This document shows, piece by piece, positions 34,357 to 48,374 of a DNA stretch of 64,000 nucleotides. The stretch comes from Phoronis australis. Lineage: Eukaryota; Animalia; Phoronida. The stretch spans positions 53,245 through 117,244 of the forward strand of contig NMRA01000818.1 of NCBI GenBank assembly GCA_002633005.1, written 5' to 3'. The notes beneath the pieces were generated by a model, which saw only the letters and a program-made list of their open reading frames with translations, did not search any database and had not been told where the DNA came from. How positions within the stretch are numbered: position 1 is the stretch's first letter; every line of letters begins with the position of its first letter. Both the position numbers and the translations under genes were made by a program.

Positions 34357-37300
34357 GTAGAGAATTCATCACTTATTGCTTGTAACACATGGAATGTGTA
34401 CAATTGAAGATTTTGTATTTGCTGTTTATTTTTCTTCTATTTTTGAAACATTTTTGTGGCAAATTAATGATACATTATTGATATGGTGATACACTTGTCA
34501 AACAATAAAGGTGCTGTATTCTGAAGTCAAGTGTGTGTTGCTTGTGGCTGGGATGGTATGCATGGAAAAGTATAAAGAATTTGGTGGTCAGTATATAGTA
34601 TGGCAAACTTGACCTTTTTTATTCAGAATTTGCTTGCCATGTGGCTTGTGAGATTTATATTGCACAATGCAGATGAAAGTGAATGAGAAGGCAGATCACA
34701 GCATGTTAAGTTGATACACAGCAGTCTCACAGACAGTCTGCTTCTGTCATCTCTCTATTATGCAAAACTTAGTTATGTTCAGATCTTGTGAATGGTGGAA
34801 CAGAGCTTACCCAGAGTGTACTGGAGTATATGAAGATAGAGCAGACATCGACACTTTACTTGTTTTCAGGCAGTCATATGTGTCTTCTGATGTAAATTAT
34901 AAGTAAGTGTTCTTTGTGATCTTTTTACCTGATTCTGTCTGTGCTGCATGATTTGTCAGTGATTTGTCAATTTGCTTTGCACATTCAATTTATTATGCTA
35001 GAAACCAATCAGAAACTTACAGCATGGCTTACCACATTGCAATGCTATGTCTTCTTTTCCATTTTGACTTGTGTTAGTCGTTATATTTAGCTTTTGGGTT
35101 ATTGGTATGTAGTCAAATATGAGACTAGGTTGAAATGCAAACTAGAATTTCATTGATCTCCGGAAACATTCTTAAGATTCATTGATTTTTTACGACATCT
35201 GAAATCAAATGCAATTTGTTTTGCTATGTCTTTTAGTCATCACTTGTAGTATTGCATGCAATCGGTTGAAATGTTGTTAAGTATTCCCTTGAAATACTAT
35301 TATTGTGTTTGTGACTAGTTAATAAACTGTAAATCTAACTTTAGTTTTTCTGAATTTTAAGTTAGCATAGTGTTAAGTGAATGCTTCTAATACTACAGTG
35401 ACAGTGTGCTGAAGGCCACTGTGCACAGGCACATTGGTGAAACTTGACCCTTCAGTTCAACCAACCACTTGTTGACACTAGTAGGCTTTAGGCTATAAGG
35501 CTTTTATTGATAACTCTTAGGTGGGTAGTACATACCACTATCAGTGACCCTTTGACCTAGTGTACTGTTCACATATAACTAAGCAATACATGCAACTTGG
35601 TCTGAATAGTGTAAACAGTTAAAGACTGCTGTGAGGAATGCACAACTGTGCTTCTTATTGAAGACATCCAGGTGTTGAACAGTTGTGTAAAGCACAGGAA
35701 AAGGGGCAAGTCCTGGGTCTAATCAAGTGGGGGGTGGGCTGGTCCCTTCACATTTGAAGCCAAGAATACTCGGTAAAATTCCATTCTCGAAGCCACATTG
35801 TGGTCAAAATTAAAGCAAGTTTTCCCCGGTTGTTTATTTTCTTTGAAAAGGTTTCTGTGCCCCACTCAGGACTACATCACTGGTAGTGCCAATGAGANTA
35901 GATGGCTTTTCTGATGTAAAATTTCGTTATTTGCTGTCTATGTGGTGTTGAACCAATCTCCATGGAAACTGGTTAGCACTGCTCTCTTTAAGACATCAAA
36001 GTACTCAATTGTCCGTTTCTCTAGAGCATGCTTGGATTGTAGATGTTGGCCCATCCTCATAGGAACAGTGGTACAACTGGTAAAGCCTAATCGTCATAGT
36101 CTTCTTCGGTTATGCTTAGTGTTAATTGTTAGCTCAATCATGCTCTTCTCCGTTCAGATTTAGTCTTAGATGACCTCTTTGGAATGTTGCACAAGAATGG
36201 ATATGGCATTGTCTTGTTCCATCAGGCTTAGTGATAATTTTCAGCTCATTCATTACTGTCTTCCCCAGCCACAATTAGTCTTGCACTTTCATAGTGCTTA
36301 GTGTTAATTGTTAGCTCAATCGTGCTTTTCTCCATTCAGGCTTTGTCTTGAGATGGCCTCTTTGGAATGTTGTACATTCCAAGAATGGATATGGCATTGT
36401 CTTCTTCGATCAGGCTTAGGTCTTGGTTTTTAGTTCGGTCTTCATGGTCTTGTTCCATCAGGCTTAGTGATAATTTTCAGCTCATTCATTACTGTCTTCC
36501 CCAGCCACAATTAGTCTTGCAGTTTCGTTGTGCTATTGCCGCCGTTGTGTAACAAGGGTCGCCAGGTGCCTGGCTTGGAATAGTTACAGACGCCTTTGGG
36601 CGTCCTACACAAGAAATGGCTAAATGACTTCACATGACACATTTCACAGTTCACTGATTACTTGTAACAGAAGAAAATAGCTGGAAACTGTCTCTTCTGT
36701 GGCTCGTGTGTTTTTCCAGCTTTGTAAAAATTATCCAATTAAGAACTGTGAATAATTATTTTATTTAAGCTTAGGCGAGAGCTTGTCTTAAATTCTAGAC
36801 ATAGCCAGTATTGGCAGTTCCAAAGTCACGACACACTGGGAAGACCAGAATTACCCTCTCTACTATTTGATAATATGTCCGAAATACCAGAATCGTGAAA
36901 ATTCTATTTTTATTGGAGTGTTGGTGTCCCAATTTCTAGAGTCTGATGAAATTGGAGAATTTTTTTAGCCATAGCTATTCCGTCTGCAAGTTTTTCTTTC
37001 CACTTTCCACGCACACTTTGCAAACCTTTTTGTCATGCGTAACCACATCCACTGTTTTGTAATAGCAGAGCACCATGAGAATGCTGTATTCATTCCCATC
37101 ACATTTCATGTAAAAATGCGATGTGTAATCGGGCATTGCTGCTGTTTTTTAAGACCTGTTTCTCATAAGGCCCTTTCATATTAACTTAACTCCGGTCTGG
37201 GAGCGTCGACATAAACAGCGCAGTTAACTGGACTGTTCATACTGGCTTCGGTAGTTAATGAACATCGAAGTTATCGCAAGGTAGCGCTGCACGCTAAGAT

Positions 37301-39704
37301 TTTTTCAATGTGACAATGTGGGAACATTTAAATGTGCTAAATCACATTAAACTCATTTTTAAATCGATTGGTTATCATTTGAGCAAAAAATAAGTAGTTA
37401 TTAGTGACGGCACTACTCTGTAACTGTTGACGATAACAGTGGCACCTGGCGATAACTTCTATTGGACCGGAGTTAAGCGTTCATACTGCACCGCAGCGTC
37501 GACGCTGCGGTCTTAAATCCACGTATTAACTGCGATGTTAACTGGAGCTGTTAACTGCGATCCAGGACCAGAGTTAAGCGTTCATACTGACCGCAACTCC
37601 CCGAATCATCGACGTTAGTATGAAGGGCCCTTGTAGAGAATTCATCACTTATTGCTTGTAACACATGGAATGTGTACAATTGAAGATTGTGTATTTGCAG
37701 TTTATTTTTCTTCTATTTTTGAAACATTTTTGTGGCAAATTAATGATACATTATTGATATGGTGATACACTTGTCAAACAATAAAGGTGCTGTGTTCTGA
37801 AATCAAGTGTGTGTTGCATGTGGCTGGAAGGGTATGCATGAGAAAGTATAAAGAATTTGGTAATCAGTATATAGTGTGGCAAACTTGACCTTTTTTATTC
37901 AGAATTTGCTTGCCATGTGGCTTGTGAGATTTATACTGCACAATGCAGATGAAAGTGAATGAGAAGGCAGATCACAGCATGTTAAGTTGATACACTGAGC
38001 AGTCTCACAGACAGTCTTCTTCTGTCATCTCTCTATTATGCAAAACTTAGTTATGTTCAGATCTTGTGAAGGGTGAAACAGAGCTTAACCAGAATGCACT
38101 GGGGTTTATGAAGACAGAGCAGACATCGACACTTTACTTGTTTTCAGGCAGTCATATGTGTCTTCTGATGTAAATTATAAATAAGTGTTCTTTTTGATCT
38201 TTTTACTTGATTCTGTCTGTGCTGCATGATTTGTCAGTGATTTGTCAATTTGCTTTGCACATTCAATTTTTTTATGCTAGAAACCAATCAGAAACTTACA
38301 GCATGGCTTACCCATTGCAATGCTATGTGTACTTTTCCATTTTGACTTGTGTTAGTCTTTTGGGTTATTGGTATGTAGTCAAATATGAGACTAGGTTTAG
38401 ATGCAAACTAGAATTTCATTGATCTCCGGAAACATTCTTAAGATTCACTGATTTTTTACGACATCTGAAATCAAATGCAATTTGTTTTGCTATGCCTTTT
38501 AGTCATCACTTGTAGTATTGCATGCAATCGGTTGAAATACTATTATTGTGTTTGTGACTAGTTAATAAACTGTAAATCTAACTTTAGTTTTTCTGAATTT
38601 TAAGTTAGCATAGTGTTAAGTGAATGCTTCTAATACTGCAGTGACAGTGTGCTGAAGGCCACTGTGCACAGGCACATTGGTGAAACTTGACCCTTCAGTT
38701 CAGTCAACCACTTGTTGACACTAGTAGGCTTTAGGCTATAAGGCTTTTATTGATAATGCAGAGCAACTCTTAGATGGGTAGTACATACCACTATCAGTGA
38801 CCCTTTGACCTAGTGTACTGTTCACATATAACTAAGCAATACATGCAACTTGGTCTGAATAGTGTAAACAGTTATGACTGCTGTGAGGAATGCACTGCTG
38901 TGCTTCTTATTGAAGACATTCAGGTGTTGAACAGTTGTGTAAAGCACAGGAAAAGGGGCAAGTCCTGGGTCTAATCAAGTGGGGGGTGGGCTGGTCCCTT
39001 CACATTTGAAGCCAAGAATACTCGGTAAAATTCCATTCTCGAAGCCACATTGTGGTCAAAATTAAAGCAAGTTTTCCCCGGTTGTTTATTTTCTTTGAAA
39101 AGGTTTCTGTGCCCCACTCAGGACTACATCACTGGTAGTGCCAATGAGACTCTGCCATTCAAGGTTAATTGATACAAAACTGCACATATTTTCAATGTTC
39201 CCAGTTGCAAGCTCTGTTTGTGTGACGTGAAGCTTTTATACTTTTCCATAAGGTTACAATTAAGTGACTGGTGGAGTGAATCTGGAAAATGGTGATATTT
39301 GGATTGTTGTACATAGCTACAACATCAAAACCAATAGTACGTGTTCCTGTCAATAAGTGACAGACAAAGCACTATTTTTTACATCTTGAAATGTAAAGTT
39401 CATGAGATGGAGGCAGGTGAATACAAAATTCATTTGTCTGTTTTTTATGTTTTTATGTTAACATAATCCTAAATTCTTGTTGAAAAAATAAAATTATTCC
39501 AAAAAATCCAAAGTTGTTTTTTTTTAATTTTATTTCATCAATCTTCAGAAAGTCTTATGGCCAGACTGCTCACCAGCTCAGTGAGTGATAAATGGGGCAG
39601 AGCTTATAGGTCTAGCTCTAATCTAATCCTGTCAACATCCAGCAGTGAGGTTGTTGTGCCAGCTGATTTAGCTGTTGTCGTGAGACTTGAAATAAAATAA
39701 CCAG

Positions 39705-40242
39705 AAGTGTGTTCAACAGAGTGAGCGCCCGCTAGGCTAGCGTGTACTCGCGAACACAAGGAACAGCTCCTGAACAGCTGTGAGCACTCACTGTGCGATC
39801 CAGTATGGCGACTTTGAAGCAGATTGTGTTGAACGTCTTAGCCGATGAGCTTAGCACTAACAGTCCTTCCTATGGCGTACTGAGCGATAAATATGATTAA
39901 TGTTTGCCAATAATTATTAATATCGGCAGCCCCAAGACAACAACCGTGAAGGCTTTGGCCCGACAAGAATCGAAAATTACGTCGAGGAAACTGTACCTCG
40001 CTACAGCGACCCGCAATTTAAGTCGCAGTTTCGTATGAGTCGGTCAACTTTTGAGGTTAGTTTTCGTGTTACAGAACCATAATGGGTTCATATTTTGCAG
40101 ACGTGAAGCCTTCGCAGGACGCCATCTTGGAAATCTAAGCAAACATGCTCTCGAGGTTGTTCGCGAGCGCTAACGTGAACACAGCTTTTCAGGACGAGGG
40201 CGCTCAAATCGTTCGCGGGCGCTCACTCTATTGAACACGCTT
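39705..40242 (+). mobile_element. Non-autonomous PIF/Harbinger element
   Basis: ~28-bp TIRs (AAGTGTGTTCAACAGAGTGAGCGCCCGC / GCGGGCGCTCACTCTATTGAACACGCTT) and 3-bp TSD CAG. Internal ENYVEETVPRYSDPQFKSQFRMSRSTFE|gt is typical of a Harbinger transposase N-terminus. Confidence 0.88.
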
Positions 40243-41149
40243 CAGGTTTATGACAATGTGGAAGTTGGTGGCAAACTGGTGAATTCCTGTTCAGAGCTGG
40301 AGCCTGTTTGTTCGTCTGCAAAAAAATCGAGTTGAGTACGCCAAGTCCTACCAAAGTCATCGCTGGAAACGTAGAAATCTTTGTTGGCAAGTGAATATGG
40401 AACAGGTTGAGGAGTCCGTTCAGAAATAATGCGTGTGCAAGAGAAGTCAGAAAAGTGTGGTCTCGTGAGAGGACACATAGCGTCGACGTGGGTAGTGTTG
40501 CATTATGCGATGAGTGCATGCACGCGCTGTCAAGACACTGAGTGCGCGCACGTTAGGACATGAACAACTACATGCAGTCAGAGTAGAAAGTTTTTCGAGG
40601 TGAACCATGTTTCTGTGCTAGGAATGCGCAGCATTGGCTACAGGAGTAACTAGGCTGCCAAATTCGACGTAATGTTTAACCTGCTGCCAGCAAGAAACAA
40701 TTAGATAAATAACCAGTGTTTAACATTTCAAAATTTTCCAGTAACGCAGTGATTTGATACAACACGTATATTGTTTGATGAAGAGAAGGTAACTACAAAT
40801 AATATTGGAATACTAACACACTTAGTGGAGAGCTCAGATGAGTCACATAAACAATCAACACATGGTTTTAATGGTGTGTGCTTGGCAACAATGTATGGGT
40901 CAATGTTTATGAAATTGCAAATTTGAAATCCACTGATTGCAAATTAATTTGAAATCCACTGTATCTGAAGTAAAATCTCGTGCCAGGGTTTTCTGATACT
41001 TGGACTAGATTTGTACTTGGACAAAAAGTGACCAAATGACAGAAGGTGGCGTGCTTGCCACAACTCACATGCAAAATGCGATGAATACTTAGTCATCCAG
41101 GTGAGTAAATAATATGTAGAAAGTAAAATCAATTAATGGACTTACAGAT

Positions 41150-41401
41150 TGAGTTGGTTACGTTGCGTCCTCCTTTCGAGGACTTCGGCAGGCCACTGAG
41201 GTGTCACGTGACTCATCATGTGATCGACAGCACAGTTTGCGGGGGATACTCGTGTAGTGCCCTATCCCACGTCCTTGGCAACAGAAACCTCAGGCCCCCT
41301 TGTCTGTTTAGGCTAGGATTCTCAACTCTTTCGTAAATTGCTTCCTTGACCCCTCTCCTGAACCAATTCTCTTTATCCAGATGCCACAAAATCGAGATCA
41401 T
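41150..41401 (-). mobile_element. Penelope-like element 3' fragment (GIY-YIG C-terminus + degenerate hammerhead)
   Basis: LDKENWFRRGVKEAIYERVENPSLNRQGGLRFLL is the typical Penelope endonuclease tail. It is followed by CUGcCGA-A-GUCCUC-loop-GAGGAC-GcAAC. Confidence 0.85.
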
Positions 41402-44400
41402 AATGATTTTGTACCCGCTGGGTATATTTGGTATGGATTAGTAGAATATTGCGTAAGAAAACTCTTGATAATAATGCCAGTGCGTTTTGAAAAAACATCA
41501 ATGTAAAATTGGATTTATTGAAAATTGGAAAAATACGATATTTTTAAAAAATGAACTACAATAAGAACTTTTTCCGATTTTTGTCACTTTCAGAGTTATG
41601 TCCAACTATTTAAAACCCCCTTTTTAATTTAGATAGAAACCTGGAGATTGACCACTGTATACACCCCCTTAAGGATTTTTTATTAAGTACCAGTTGATTC
41701 ATTTTTAATAGATCTCAAATGTACGACATAAAGATGCGCCGCTATACCAGGTAAGCACTCTCTATCTTTGTAAGACTGACTATGAACCAGTGTGGCAATT
41801 ATTTTTAGCTAATCAAACGACAAGCAAATTAGTTGCATACTTGTAATTTCTATGATTAGTTTGATATATTTATAGGGACATTGTCACCTTCTTATAATCC
41901 AATATGCATCTTTTTGACACTGTGTGGTACTATTCAAACCTGTCATTTTGATTGCTGTCGTTTCATGTTGAGGCTGTACTAGACTACTGTTGCTTTGGGG
42001 ACATGATTCAAAGTTGTGCCAATTACAGAACAACCTTCTAAAAGACTGCAGCCCTCCTAATGCTTAATATTTCACTCAGTAATGGAGGTACGTGTTTCTT
42101 CTTTCTCCTTCTTTTTTCTCAAATGTCTACTTTTTGTTGAGATTTGTCAATGAATAAATTCTTAAATATAGTCATCTAGTTAGAACTAAAATACAATGCA
42201 GTAGTCATGCTAACTGTACCAGGTTGATTTTTCAGATTGAACAATAGCTCCACCAATTGCACCAAGAAATGTGCTATTCAAGAAATGTAATGTGCTATTC
42301 AAGAAAGGTTAGCTTGAAATGAAGGTAAGTAGTAACCGCTTCATTGATCCCTTTCATAAACCAAGCTGTGAGTTAGTAGGCATATGTTGCATATATGAGG
42401 CTCCCCTGGTACATAAGATGTTGACCATGAAATTGGGTCACTTATGAGCCCAGGAACAAAACACTTAACACTTAAGTTACGGGAATTCAATTCTGTAGTG
42501 TATGTGAAATTGTGATAACAAGCTCCTTATTTATTGAACTCTAGATCCTGGGTTTATATTCATTGTATCACTCAATAACAAATAGTTTTACTGTCTGATT
42601 GTGTGTATCAAGACTTAATACTGCAAGGAAAAAATTTTGATTATCTAGTTATCTTCTGTAGACTGTAAATGACATGAACTGTTACAGTAGTTCTTGACCT
42701 ATTACGCACAAAATTAATTGTCAAAATTGTCAGTTATGAAATTTTCTAATGCTTCTTACTTATGGGTTATGCAAGACCCTATTGAGGAACGTTAATTCTA
42801 TGTCAATTGCCAGAAAAACTAGGCTGTGTCAACCAGCAAATGTATACATTTTCTGATAGAAGAAAAATCAGGAATTATAAAATTACATTTTATAGTTCTT
42901 GTGTTATTAATTCTAACGTGGCCTCCTTTTCAAGTCAAATTTTCATTTTTAACAAAGGAACATTCATAACACAAATACCCTTCACTTGATTTTAACAAAA
43001 TCGTGTTTGAGTGAAAATTCTGAAAATGCTGTAAGGAATTTGCAGTTACCCATTTAGTTGGGTATGTATGCCAAATTGACTTGCAAAATGTAAGGCATGT
43101 TTTTAAGAAAAATAGCAGTCTTGCTCATCTTTGGCACAGTACAGTAAAACAAGAAGTTAATCTTTACAGCGTTTTTGAGATAAATAAGTCTTCAAACTGG
43201 AAAGTTTCAATGAATTCCACCGAGCCATTTTCAAAAACTCATGTTCTTAAGTTCAGATCAAGTTGATTTAGCGTAGCCGAGAAAAGCAGAAAATTTCGCG
43301 AGTTTAGAAAATCCAACGCTTTTCGCTTCATTACTTGGTGAAAACTTGTCAGTAAAACTTATACATGTCTTAACCACCCTCGCAATGTCAACTGGATTAA
43401 ACGCAGCTTAATTATAATTAAAGCATTTTAATTTTTTATGTGTGGTTTTATGTTCCGAGAGTCAAACTAGGTCAAAAGGCAGAGTCGGTAGGTCGACAGT
43501 GTGATGCCACACACCTGGGAGACTGATTTCAACAAATAAACTATGAAAATTTATTCTGGTTAAAGCGCGCTGCGAGCACGAATTCGAAATGGTGAAACAT
43601 CGAATTACTGACAACATTAATCAATTTGGGTGAGGATTTATCTTTTTTCACAACTTGCTGTGTTCTTTATCGCAGTCACAGACCGGTGCATTTGTTCTCA
43701 TTGGTTGTAAGCATGCACGCAGATAGCCAATACTCAGCTGTAAACAGAGCTGAAGTTCCACAGGAAAGCTTTTCACCACTTGGTGAAAAAGATATCAACC
43801 AAAAGAATGGGAGGAAAATTTTTGTTAGTACTAATAGAAAACTGCAAACCTTCTTACCTATTATTTTTCGCCTCTTTTTACCTTCCCCTAACAACAACAA
43901 ATCAAATCGTTTCATCTTGTGAGCATAGTTTTTTTACCTAATGACGTCATATAATGAGCCGAATGCCAGCCAATGAGCTCTGTGAATGCTTTAGTCTATG
44001 AGTTCACCGGAAGGTTAAAACTTGCAAATGACGGAGTGTCAAGCGAAAAGTGAAAAGTTGATTCTTCAAATGAATTAAGTTATTTCGAAGAGCTTGATTT
44101 CCGTGGAGTTGATATTCACCATATTATTTCACGTAACCGCAAGTTCGATATGTGTGATTTAATGTTTGATGTGCAATTCGACTGCGATCAAGGAGTTGGT
44201 TAGTTACCGACTAGCACGCAGATGCTTAACTCCGTCAAGATCAAAACAACGTTTTGTCTTCTTTTTCTACAGCATCTTTCTGTGCCATGCACACCTTTGA
44301 TTCAATATCATGGCAACTCTCTGAATGAAAAGGCTGGGTACATATAGAAGCCCTCTATGCCAGGCCTCAGATTCCATTCGAGTGACAGCTCTGTGACCTG

Positions 44401-44749
44401 TGAACTTCAATAAGTAAACAAATTCCCACACAGTTGAGGTGGGTCTGCTCTCGTCTACCATAAACAGGCATGATAAAAGATTCATCCACACAGATATTCA
44501 ATATTACAAAATACTTAAAAGTTTTAGAAGTGTAAGGTCCTACATATCATTACGGTATTTATTAGAAACTCTTCTAAATGTTTTCTGACATCTGCACACT
44601 ACAAATTAAGCTGTCAACAGGCCGAAATTTTCTCAGTGTTTATTTTTGATCATAATTTTGACAAAATCTAGTGTGTGAAATAAGTGAAACTATTCCATGC
44701 TTTCGAGGTTGTTTGTCATGTCATCGTTAGTGATGTTGTTTTTTGTCTT

Positions 44750-44936
44750 TGTTAGTGTTATTTGTCATCCGCTTGTAGTGTTGTTATTTGTCATGGCTTG
44801 TAGTGTTGTTATTTGTCATGGCTTGTAGTGTTGTTATTTGTCATGGCTTGTAGTGTTGTTATTTGTCATCGCTTGTAGTGTTGTTATTTGTCATCGCTTG
44901 TAGTGTTGTTATTTGTCATCGCTTGTAGTGTTGTTG
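44750..44936. repeat. 25-bp minisatellite GCTTGTAGTGTTGTTATTTGTCATS, ~7 copies
   Basis: Direct inspection. Confidence 0.95.
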
Positions 44937-45244
44937 TTAGTGATGGTGTTGTGGCAATGACAATAGTGAAAACCAACTTTTAAATCACCACAAGAGATAA
45001 AAACAAAATGATCCTAGCCAGGGTAAGATAGCGTTAAAAATTGCTGTAGAGGTCACTACATTTGCATGTTGTGCAAAAGATACAAGAAATAGCAACCTTC
45101 TACCTATTTCTAGTATCCAATGAGGAAAGCGAAATACTGTGGATGGTGAAGTTGTGTAAAGAACACTGGTGAATACTTAGCTTATCTGTTACAGACCATT
45201 TTCCCAGGTGAGACCACGCATCTGACAGACTGGGGCCATATTTT

Positions 45245-45265
45245 CAGCAGCAGCAGCAGCAGCAG
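45245..45265. repeat. (CAG)7 microsatellite
   Basis: Direct inspection. Confidence 0.9.
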
Positions 45266-45961
45266 CCCAGTGTAGAAATATCTAAAAGTGGAACTACTTT
45301 TACTGTTGAGTTTGACAAAGACACTCAATCACAGGTACATGAAACTATAAGATGTGTCGTTGCTACACTGGGGCACGTTAAAAGAGAACTGACAACCATA
45401 CTAAGACAAATTTTAAATTTCATTCGAAAGATAAAACTTTAATTCATGTCAAGTCCGTTTCAGGAGATATGTGGAAGTTTCAAAAGTGCAATGGTGGATC
45501 AGCTGTATAGATGAAATTTCCAAATTGTGTTGATGTGGTTCCTTACAGAATGTATACAGTTGGCAGACTTGCCGACCTGGTGAATGAGTAGTCGCCGGAG
45601 TATGAAACTCCAACACCAAGCCTGAATGACTAGTCGCTGTAGTATGAAACTCCAACACCAAGCCTGGCCAGAGAAGACGATAATGAGTGAGCTCAAAATT
45701 ACCACGTTGAACTCATCCATTCCATCACTTGTGTTACGTGCATACACTGCTGTATTGGCACTCCACGTCAGGCTCTGTATGCAAGGACGGATATCCACCA
45801 AGGAAAAGAGCTCCATTGTAATTATCATGGAGGTCAAAGGTCGCTCTGGTGGTGAAAGCAAAAGGTGTGACTTAAAAGAACTTTGATTAAATTTGTTACT
45901 TTAAAATGTTCACCACACTTTCTGTTTTGAAATTGCGTAAGCACAAAACTGCAGTTTTTAA

Positions 45962-47823
45962 AGGAGAATGCCACCCGAAAAACAACCTATTTTGTATCAA
46001 TTTAGATCGAGTAGTTCTACTCGATAACGGCACGTTCGGTTGCATTACCTGACACCTGACGGCAGACGGAGGTGTTGAAATTATCCAGTGACGTAATTGG
46101 TTTCACACACAGTCCGTTCAGCAGTTCACAAGACGGGTTAGTGGTGTCAGCTTATCGCTTGAATTCATCGCTTAACACCAATAAATCATCAAACTTCAAT
46201 GTAAAACCCTTAAAAATACACCGAGTTCTTATAAAAACGCATTGTTTTATTTCGCTGTTACGGATTTACTCGTATTTGGACACACCGTAGCAGGCCAATT
46301 TACTAAGGTCCGTAGCAGGAGTTTGGGGTCTGTTCGGAGATAAATTCGAAGTAAAAAAGTTCTTCTGTGAAATACAGACAGGAGAACCTAGATCTGTATT
46401 GTTTATACTTGTGATTTTTTTAGTTCTAAACACACAAAACGCTTGTTATCCCGGCCAGTGTCTCGGAACCCGGTCACTGAGGCCCGTTGCGGCCGGACTG
46501 ATTCGTTATCTCGGCCAGTGGCTTGGAACCCGATCAGGCCCGTCGCGGCCGCTGGGACAGCTGGCACGAACATAAACGAGGTTGAATTTGAAACTAAACC
46601 TCCAGTCACGAAAAGACTAATAATGAGCCAAAGAAATAATGTGCACGTAATTATTTATGTGAATTTGCCACGAAACTGAAAATCTACTTACTTGTCGGGG
46701 GCCCGCTAAGTTCCCCTTCCACAAACCATCAGGGCAAAGGTTGTACTATAATAATGTAGTTGTATTTCTAAATAAAGATTCCCCCAACATGTGACCATAG
46801 CATATAAAATCGAGTAATTGTTTCTCAACAGCTTTCTGTCAGCAAACACTGAATTAGCATGGGTTCACACAGCCTCGGTGCCTGGTCAATTACCCTTGTT
46901 GCCGGCATCAATAGCCGGTAATGTAGTGGTTTATTCATAAGTGGCTTCTCAAAACATTAGCACTCACAAGTACTCCAATGCATTACAAATTGTATCTAAT
47001 GAGACAGACTTTGTTTCAGTTTCATATAAGCATTGGTTAGGATGAGAATATAAATCGGTAAATAAAACAACAAGAATGGACCAACTGAAATTTGAAATTT
47101 TCGGATGTAATAACTTCCTTTGTCAACAGAAACAGAAATAAAGATTATTTTCATTGAACTATTAGTTTTCCCTAACCTTGTACTAGAAGCATAAACGAAG
47201 TTCAAGACAAAATACTGTTTTACAGAAACAGAGCGCAGAATATTAAACGTCTACATGGCAACTCGCCCGGCGCCAATCCCGACTTAGTCAAGAGCTCATC
47301 TGACTACTTCACGGGTCGGATCGTTAGGTTTCACAGGCTATCAGTTCGAACCGGAATACACTGATCAAGAAATACTAGAGAGGCGCCGTAAACATGCACA
47401 AGCAACGGAACGTATGGATAGTTCTTTGGTAATCTGGAATTCGTCAGAGAAATCACTGTCGACGAACTGCTGGCCACAGACACGGAGATGTTTCACAGCC
47501 TCATACTTGCTATTAACAGCATACCTTTCATTCTTCACCTCCGCGAGCCATTTCCTAAGCATTTCGGGCTCGAGGAAGTCGAAAAAACGATATACCCGCT
47601 TTCTTCGCAGCTTCATAATTCGGACAAGCAGGAACCGATGCACCGCAATATAGCAGCATTCACTCTGCAGACGAACCACTGACGTCGCTGCATCACTTCT
47701 CACCTTCCACACAGGTTAACTTGACACCTCTCGGCAAGGTGAGGTCGACCGTATAAGAGGCGATGTGAATATAGACCCATTAAGACGGTAAAAAGGACTA
47801 ATTAAATCGGGTGGCATTCTCCT
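45962..47823 (-). mobile_element. Kolobok-like DNA transposon derivative with THAP remnant
   Basis: TTAA TSD on both sides and perfect 17-bp TIRs AGGAGAATGCCACCCGA (RR terminus, not piggyBac CCC). Minus ORF 47365-47712 has YRFF...RKWLAEV...LRVCGQQFVDSDF, a degenerate THAP domain. Confidence 0.8.
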
Positions 47824-48374
47824 TTAAGATGACAGTAAAACAGTATTTTGTCTCAGTTTATGCTTCTAGTACAATGTTAGGGAAAACTAATAGTTCAATG
47901 AAAATAATCTTTGTTATTTGTTTTAAGAACTGAGCTGCAATTCATAACTCTAATCTAAATAGGCTTGGTTAACAAGTCAAAAATACTCGGGACTTGGAAT
48001 TTTCCTCCTCTAAGAGGGTTTCCTTGTTTTTGGTTTCAATTGCATCTTCTTTAATTTCCAGTTTCCTCTTTTTTCCTTTCTTTTTCATTATTTTGACTTC
48101 ACTGATTCAAAAGCATTTATTTCAGTTATTTATTTGTGGAACGGTAATTCCAAGATCTGAACATTATTGAGTATTTCAGATTAATACACGACTTGGAAAT
48201 CCTGGAGATTTGCAAAACAATAAAAGTGTAGCATATTTCAAAACAATAAAAGTGCAGCATATTTAAGTCTGACTTGTACTCTTGCCAAGCCTCAGGTGCT
48301 GTGGCATCATTTCATGTTACAACAGTTCTGAACAAAACTGATTCTTCCCACTGTAACATCTTGCAAGCCATTTA

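Larger units (their letters stand above)
32668..39147. repeat. Direct duplication 32668-35897 / ~36574-39147 around the N join at 35898
   Basis: Colinear, highly similar sequence. The first copy ends exactly at the N. Confidence 0.9.

Noticed and set aside
44750-44936. CRISPR-like array (also the 27-bp and 42-bp repeats)
   Set aside because: Contiguous tandem units without unique spacers, eukaryotic context, and no cas genes.
45499-45861. 120-aa minus ORF with SLTWSANT, faintly LINE-RT-like
   Set aside because: Too little motif support; partly made of a short local duplication (45583-45667).
45962-47823. piggyBac assignment because of the TTAA TSD
   Set aside because: Termini are AGG..CCT rather than CCC..GGG and the cargo is THAP-like, which fits Kolobok better.
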